Assembly (NCBI GenBank): GCA_043825275.1
Contig: JBDRSA010000004.1
Span: forward strand, 1-17,560
Length of the DNA stretch: 17,560 nucleotides
Reading direction: 5' to 3'
Source: Candidatus Omnitrophota bacterium
GTDB taxonomy: Bacteria; Omnitrophota; Gorgyraeia; 2-01-FULL-45-10; JBDRSA01
Shown: piece by piece, positions 12,838 through 17,560 of the stretch
Layout of the letters: each line of letters opens with the position of its first letter
Position numbering within the stretch: the first letter of the stretch is position 1
Made by a program: the position numbers and the translations under genes
The notes under the pieces: generated by a model
Database searches by the model: none
Seen by the model: only the letters and a program-made list of their open reading frames with translations
What the model was told of the DNA's origin: nothing

Positions 12838-14316
12838 CTACTCAACGGTAAAAGTACCGACCACCCAGTCACCGTATTTTTCGTAGTTTACATACGGCTG
12901 TTTGAACGTATCGCTTGGATAAGTCGGCTGGTCGATTTGATAAACCCCGTCCTTTCCTCTGTAGTATCTTACATAGCTTGCTCCCTCCTGAGTCTTTTGT
13001 TCAATAAAAAGACCTGCTTCAATATCATAAATGCCGGGGGGCGTATCATCAGGTATGTACACTCGCTTCGGCCCCTGGGTAATAATCTCACCAACCTTCC
13101 ATTCCGTCGCTTGAGGAATCAGTGAAGAATCGGCATTAATATAGCCGGCCTTATCGTTCTGTCGATAAATATGCATGAATAACGCGTAATTTTTCTTAAA
13201 CTTTCTTGATATTGAAAAAGATAACTCTATATCGATCGTTCCACCGGGTCGTACACTGTTTTGAGAAAGTTTTGTCCCTTCGAAAGTAACAAAAGGGCCC
13301 GTCTCATTGCCCAGATTGAAAGAGACAAGCCAAACATCATCGAGATATATTGTCGCCTGAGCGCCGCCGCGATAAAAATTAAAATCGTCTATATCGCCAA
13401 GGTCGATCTTCTCGCCGACAGCCGATAAATTAATAACATACGGCTTATCTTTCTCCGTTGTACCGGGTATTCCAACCGTAAATCTTCGTCCCGTTCTGTC
13501 TTTGATCTGCAAGGTAAGGGGAGTATTTGAATACGTGTGGCCATCCTTCTCCGGTCCATAGACGTAAAAACGCAATTCATCATAGAGTAACCAATCGTGG
13601 TATTTCGGATTACTATATCTAAAAAAATTGTTGAGTCGAACCGTAGGCATGCCGCCTTCGTTGAATGTTATTTTGGCCGCCTGCTTCCCTTGAGCAACAT
13701 TCTCTTTTTCCTGCTCAATAACGGCGCCGGATAGCTCCCATTTCCTTACATCGACCAGATCTTCAAAATCACTTATTACAAGATCTTCGATCTTCTTTTC
13801 CTCATTCTCATCTGCCGGCTCGACCACACGCAACGTCCCGACAATAAAATCTTTTATATCCGCGTTGGTATACGGCTCCCTGATATAGATCGGTCCCGCA
13901 GATGTCTGTTTCGTCGAATAGAGCCCCATCCTTACACCATACTCTCCCGCCGGTATGTCAGAAGGAATAAAAACATTGACCGGACCTACGGAAACCGCGT
14001 CACCAACTACCCACATCGTTGTAGGCGTCGCGGGCGAAAAATCATTATTGATAACGATCGCGTGCGTCTTGAGATCTACAATATGCAGATAAAACCCGTA
14101 ATCTTCCCAAATATTCTTGGTGATCGAAAAATCAGCGTTCAAGAAGAAGATCTCCCCTTTTTGGACCTTATCGGGAATATCGAGCGTCCCTAAAGTTATG
14201 ATCGCCTTTCCTTCCCGGACAATAGATTTCGCTTGAACGGTAAAAGAAAAGATGGTGCCAATTAAAAGAATAGGTATAGATACCCGCCGAATATGATAAA
14301 ACAGCATCTTTTTCAT
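12838..14316 (-). CDS. Secreted modular protein (492 aa): module A, CBM-like module B, module A
   Basis: ATG start with AGGAGA 9 nt upstream. Signal peptide: MKKMLFYHIRRVSIPILLIGTIFSFTVQA. N-terminal module A: ...FYLHIVD...INNDFSPATPTTMWVVGDAVSVGPVNVFIPSDIPAGEYGVRMGLY...VGTLRVVE. Central module B: ISDFEDLVDVRKWELSGAVIEQ...DWLLYDELRFYVY...LQIKDRTGRRF...IYLDDVWLV. C-terminal module A: ...LFMHIYR...INADSSLIPQATEWKVGEIITQGPKRVYIPDDTPPGIYDIEAGLF...VGTFTVE. Confidence 0.85.
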   Translation of the reverse strand: MKKMLFYHIRRVSIPILLIGTIFSFTVQAKSIVREGKAIITLGTLDIPDKVQKGEIFFLNADFSITKNIWEDYGFYLHIVDLKTHAIVINNDFSPATPTTMWVVGDAVSVGPVNVFIPSDIPAGEYGVRMGLYSTKQTSAGPIYIREPYTNADIKDFIVGTLRVVEPADENEEKKIEDLVISDFEDLVDVRKWELSGAVIEQEKENVAQGKQAAKITFNEGGMPTVRLNNFFRYSNPKYHDWLLYDELRFYVYGPEKDGHTYSNTPLTLQIKDRTGRRFTVGIPGTTEKDKPYVINLSAVGEKIDLGDIDDFNFYRGGAQATIYLDDVWLVSFNLGNETGPFVTFEGTKLSQNSVRPGGTIDIELSFSISRKFKKNYALFMHIYRQNDKAGYINADSSLIPQATEWKVGEIITQGPKRVYIPDDTPPGIYDIEAGLFIEQKTQEGASYVRYYRGKDGVYQIDQPTYPSDTFKQPYVNYEKYGDWVVGTFTVE

Positions 14317-14407
14317 TGTTATCTTTCTCCTTTTTTAAAATACTAAAAATACATATATCAGACAGAGGGTCTATCTTTTTGTCAGCCAGTTTTCGACGCA
14401 AATGGCT

Positions 14408-15499
14408 TTACTTCACTACTTCAATATATCCGACTATATGATCTTTAAAAGCTTGGCTTGCGTACCGCAAGCGGGGATAGCCGGTACGAAAATCAAAGGC
14501 TCCACTGTTGAGCGCGCCTCTTGAATACGATCCTCTTGATCGGGGATTAAATAGCCCGATCTGCACCGCATAGGCGCCCGGTTGAAAATCTTTCGGAATA
14601 AAGATCCTTTCCGGGCCAATTTCATATATGCCGCTTTCGGCCCACTGAGAAGTAGGGACTAATGGATCTCTGTCCGCGTTGATAAACCATCGCCGTTTTG
14701 ATGACTTTTTTTTCAATTCATTTGATTTTGAAATATGAATAAACGCTTTATACTTTTTGTCCAGCGCTTTTAAGGCCACCATACTGCAGGAAAGTAAAAT
14801 TTCCGTGCCGCGTCGAACAGTATCCGGAGCGCGCAACGAAACAAAGTCTACCATAGGATCTTCCAGGATATCTCTCTTTGCAAGATCTTCCCTATCAAGC
14901 CTTACATTGTCCAAATAAAACTCGCGATCTTCGTTTTGGGGACCGGTAAAGAGTTTAAGATAGACGATATTCGTTAGATCAACTGTATCAGCAATATCTT
15001 TGAGATCGATCCGAATATTATTTTTCCCACTTTGCATCTTTATTTTCTGCTGCGCATATCGGCCGGCTTTATCCTTTATTTTTATGTCAAGGAGTACAGG
15101 GGCATCCTGCGGGTTCCATAGCTCAAACCGTAAAGATTTAAAACGAGACCAATCTTTTTCCCCGCGAGGACCTATATTAGTGTCTTCAAGCCCTACTCCT
15201 GGAGTAGCGCTCCCTCCATGTTCTTTACTGTATAGAGTTACATGGGCGGAGTGTTTTCCAGATGACGCGTACCGGGAAGAAAGCTCAACAAAGCTTCCGT
15301 CAAGATCCCACGCCCAAAAATCCTTCGACCCCTCAAAATCACTAAGAACTTTTTCGTGAGGCGTATAAAAATAATTGACTGCCGGTTTTGTATAATTAAT
15401 AAACGTGTTAATAACTCCCGTTCTTTTTATGGAAAACCCGATCAATAAGAGCCATCCGAGGATAACACTAAATATAACTAAAAAATAATTTTTTTTCAA
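14408..15499 (-). CDS. Membrane-anchored/exported modular protein (363 aa): CBM-like module B, then module A
   Basis: TTG start; there is no in-frame ATG before the N-terminal TM (YFLVIFSVILGWLLLIGFSI). Module B: LSDFEGSKDFWAWDLDGSFVELSSRYASSGKHSAHVTL...DWSRFKSLRFELWNP...IKIKDKAGRY...FYLDNVRL. Module A: ...AFIHISK...INADRDPLVPTSQWAESGIYEIGPERIFIPKDFQPGAYAVQIGLF...VGYIEVVK. Confidence 0.85.
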   Translation of the reverse strand: MKKNYFLVIFSVILGWLLLIGFSIKRTGVINTFINYTKPAVNYFYTPHEKVLSDFEGSKDFWAWDLDGSFVELSSRYASSGKHSAHVTLYSKEHGGSATPGVGLEDTNIGPRGEKDWSRFKSLRFELWNPQDAPVLLDIKIKDKAGRYAQQKIKMQSGKNNIRIDLKDIADTVDLTNIVYLKLFTGPQNEDREFYLDNVRLDREDLAKRDILEDPMVDFVSLRAPDTVRRGTEILLSCSMVALKALDKKYKAFIHISKSNELKKKSSKRRWFINADRDPLVPTSQWAESGIYEIGPERIFIPKDFQPGAYAVQIGLFNPRSRGSYSRGALNSGAFDFRTGYPRLRYASQAFKDHIVGYIEVVK

Positions 15500-15532
15500 A
15501 ATATAGCCTGCCGTTCGAATGCCGAGAAATAT

Positions 15533-17560
15533 TCACTTCGCCAATTCCTCTATCAACCTTCCGATCCTCTCTCTTTCTTCAAAAACCCGCTTATTGTCTC
15601 TCGTATAGTAGATTGAGGTTTTGACAATAGCGTTATTTACGCGCAACGCGTCTTCGGCCTCAGATAAACCAGCATGATAATCGCTCGAAAAGCCGTTCTT
15701 TTTTATTAAGTTTACCGTATCGTTTAACAGATAAAAGTACTCGTAATCCTCGAGGCCATCCCGAAGGACCTCGAGCCGGATAGAGCCGACCGGGTTCTCT
15801 CCTTCCGGATCCGGATAATACAACGACCCGTTTCCGTTCTGCTCTGAAAAGGTCATAGCGCTCTTCCACGGATCGGTTTTGCTCCAATAGTTTACACACC
15901 AATAGAGCAACCCTTTGGCGCCGTACTTCCAGCATATCCATGGGATGATCCGGTGCTCGATCGCGGGAACATCCAGATTGAGGTTCGGGCATGGCCTCGT
16001 CGTTCCGGCAACATACATCCAGATATCCTTGCCGGATCTTTGAAATTCGGAAACGGCGGGCTGGACCAATTCATCAACTCTTACACACCATATATCAACA
16101 TCGGGATATCCTTTCCGCGGCGCCATAGTAACAAGATTCTTTATTCCCGGATTACCCTCATGAATAAGCCGGGTAAAATCTTTGACCCGATGAAGGGTTT
16201 CATCGAATATATACGCGTAGGAGATGTTGAGCCAGCCTTTTTCTTCCAGGTGCTTTCCGTATTCTCCAAAGACGCCTACCACAGCGTTTTGATCGGTATA
16301 TCCGTACCACTTATCCGTCCACTCTCCCCGGTATCCCCAGGGCCATTCCTGGGCAATGCCGAAACAGGCTTGGCCGTTTTCAAGATAGAACGCCGCCTCT
16401 TTGTCGAATTTGTCAAACGCCAGATGATATTTCCCATCCTCTTCACCTAAGAACTTCGGATTGCCTACATTGTGTATCGGGCTGATGCGGTGCTTGAGCA
16501 TATCAAGATAATAGCTCTCAAGCAGCCTTTGGACCCGAAGTTTCCAAAATACGCCATCTTCATGCTGTTTCCGCGGATGACTTGATTTGATATGATGGGC
16601 ATAAAAGTCAAAAGCGGTTTTCAGGTTCGCTCTTTTGGGAATAGAGAAACCCCAAACGTGAAGCGTTACATCTACGCTTTTTGCCTTTTTCCCCGATGGA
16701 TGTATGATCACCGTACTCTTATATTTCCCGGGTAGAGTTTCCTTTGGGACATACACCGTGGCCCAGACCGGTTGAACAGTCTCTTTTGGGACATCAAAAG
16801 GCTCCTTGAGCGGGATCAGAGGATCGGGCCATAATCCGACTTTAACGGTATTGTAGTATGGTTTTTCTGTTTTGACATAGCCCACTTTATATAACGTTAC
16901 ATTCTCTTTTCCGATCCCGCGGCCATTCTTCTCAAAAAAATCATCTTCCAACAAAACCTCTACGTTTTGCAGATCATCCTCTCCGGGAACAACCACGATC
17001 TGAAAGCTCTCGTATTCTCCCCTTGCCGCGTAAATAGTTACGCTATCTCGATCGCTCGTATAGTCCAAATAAGCTCTCTCCTGAAATATCTTCTTGAGGG
17101 AATCAGCGGCCATTACTCCATAACCGTATTCATCTGCAAATATAACCGGTTCAGGAGACCTCTTTTTTATCGAGATCGCGCCGACCGCCCAATCATGAAT
17201 ATCCTGATTGCTGTAAGGTAACTTTTTATAGTATGCCCCGGTCGCTGTTCTCGTTTGGGAGGAAAGCCCCATAGTCACCCTATATTCTCCCTCGGGAAGA
17301 TCAAGCGGAACGTATATATAGAACGGTCCCAGATCTATCCTTTTATTGGGCTCCCAAAGCTTCTGTGGTCCCAAAGCATGGATATCAGCGTTTACATACG
17401 CCCCCGGCCAGGTTCCTTCAAGGTGTAAAAAAAGAAAATGTTCTTTCGGAAGTCGTTCCGTGATCTCCAAGCCGCATGAAATCGCAACCATATCCCCCGT
17501 AAACAGCTCAGCGGGAGATATATCAATGTTCAAAAGGTTCACCTGTTCTTCGCCATATGA
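15533..17560 (-). CDS. DUF4091 / GH123-like glycoside hydrolase with an N-terminal module A; the 5' end probably lies beyond the right window edge
   Basis: The track ORF starts at GTG 17542, but the frame stays open to the window end (...SYGEEQ-VNLLNIDISP) and no signal peptide is present, so the true start is likely outside. N-terminal module A: ...LFLHLEG...VNADIHALGPQKLWEPNKRIDLGPFYIYVPLDLPEGEYRVTMGL...VGAISIKK. Then ARGEYESFQIVVVPG, YAYIFDETLH (an adjacent Asp-Glu pair), and the DUF4091 signature LLYWCVNYWSKTDPW...GNGSLYYPDPEGENPVGSIRLEVLRDGLEDYEYFYLL. Confidence 0.85.
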   Translation of the reverse strand, partial: SYGEEQVNLLNIDISPAELFTGDMVAISCGLEITERLPKEHFLFLHLEGTWPGAYVNADIHALGPQKLWEPNKRIDLGPFYIYVPLDLPEGEYRVTMGLSSQTRTATGAYYKKLPYSNQDIHDWAVGAISIKKRSPEPVIFADEYGYGVMAADSLKKIFQERAYLDYTSDRDSVTIYAARGEYESFQIVVVPGEDDLQNVEVLLEDDFFEKNGRGIGKENVTLYKVGYVKTEKPYYNTVKVGLWPDPLIPLKEPFDVPKETVQPVWATVYVPKETLPGKYKSTVIIHPSGKKAKSVDVTLHVWGFSIPKRANLKTAFDFYAHHIKSSHPRKQHEDGVFWKLRVQRLLESYYLDMLKHRISPIHNVGNPKFLGEEDGKYHLAFDKFDKEAAFYLENGQACFGIAQEWPWGYRGEWTDKWYGYTDQNAVVGVFGEYGKHLEEKGWLNISYAYIFDETLHRVKDFTRLIHEGNPGIKNLVTMAPRKGYPDVDIWCVRVDELVQPAVSEFQRSGKDIWMYVAGTTRPCPNLNLDVPAIEHRIIPWICWKYGAKGLLYWCVNYWSKTDPWKSAMTFSEQNGNGSLYYPDPEGENPVGSIRLEVLRDGLEDYEYFYLLNDTVNLIKKNGFSSDYHAGLSEAEDALRVNNAIVKTSIYYTRDNKRVFEERERIGRLIEELAK

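Noticed and set aside
12622-13125. A 167-aa plus-strand ORF (and 12519..12788) in and next to the convergent intergenic region
   Set aside because: It overlaps the 3' end of the well-supported 492-aa minus-strand gene. It is hydrophobic/Phe-Leu-Ser-rich, as expected from reading an AT-richer region in a wrong frame, and has no SD.
15953-16450. A 165-aa plus-strand ORF and minus-strand out-of-frame ORFs (15660..15992, 15892..16077) inside the DUF4091 gene
   Set aside because: These are shadow or alternate-frame ORFs within a gene whose main frame carries the complete DUF4091 signature.
1-17560. Searched by eye for tRNA/rRNA, CRISPR repeat-spacer periodicity, transposase/integrase genes, terminal inverted repeats and toxin-antitoxin-sized gene pairs
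   Set aside because: None found. The only repeats are the short ones reported above: the 14-bp tandem repeat, the palindromes, and the intragenic 216-nt-offset duplication. There is no evidence in this window that the region is a mobile island.

Overview
This is a 17.56-kb bacterial window of roughly 50% GC. I see no rRNA, tRNA, CRISPR array or transposase. About 16 protein genes fall into four blocks. (1) Left, minus strand: a partial membrane-anchored metallophosphoesterase that is not in the ORF track because it runs off the edge, a 60-aa two-TM protein, a 476-aa membrane-anchored exported protein, and an O-antigen-ligase (Wzy_C)-like polytopic membrane protein. (2) Minus strand: a membrane GAF histidine kinase followed by a REC-GGDEF diguanylate cyclase. 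(3) Transcribed divergently from block 2 is a tightly packed plus-strand six-gene operon. It encodes a LysM/coiled-coil protein, a 680-aa fusion protein, FlbD, MotA and two tandem MotB paralogues. The 680-aa protein reads as a miniature FliF-like periplasmic module plus TM, fused to a FliG-like rotor protein whose C-terminal torque-helix unit is tandemly duplicated. No export-apparatus, C-ring (FliM/N), rod, hook or filament gene is present in the 7 kb to the left or 5 kb to the right. (4) Right, minus strand: three modular, paralogous exported proteins that share a ~120-aa beta-rich module (4 copies) and a CBM-like module (2 copies). One of them is a DUF4091/GH123-like glycosidase whose 5' end probably lies beyond the window. 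The main hypothesis is that block 3 is a stand-alone, minimal rotor-stator (ion-driven rotary) module. It would be under c-di-GMP-linked two-component control and embedded among surface-glycan genes, rather than being part of a conventional flagellar locus. All functional calls rest on motif recognition by eye. No database search or structure prediction was possible, and the taxon cannot be determined from the window.
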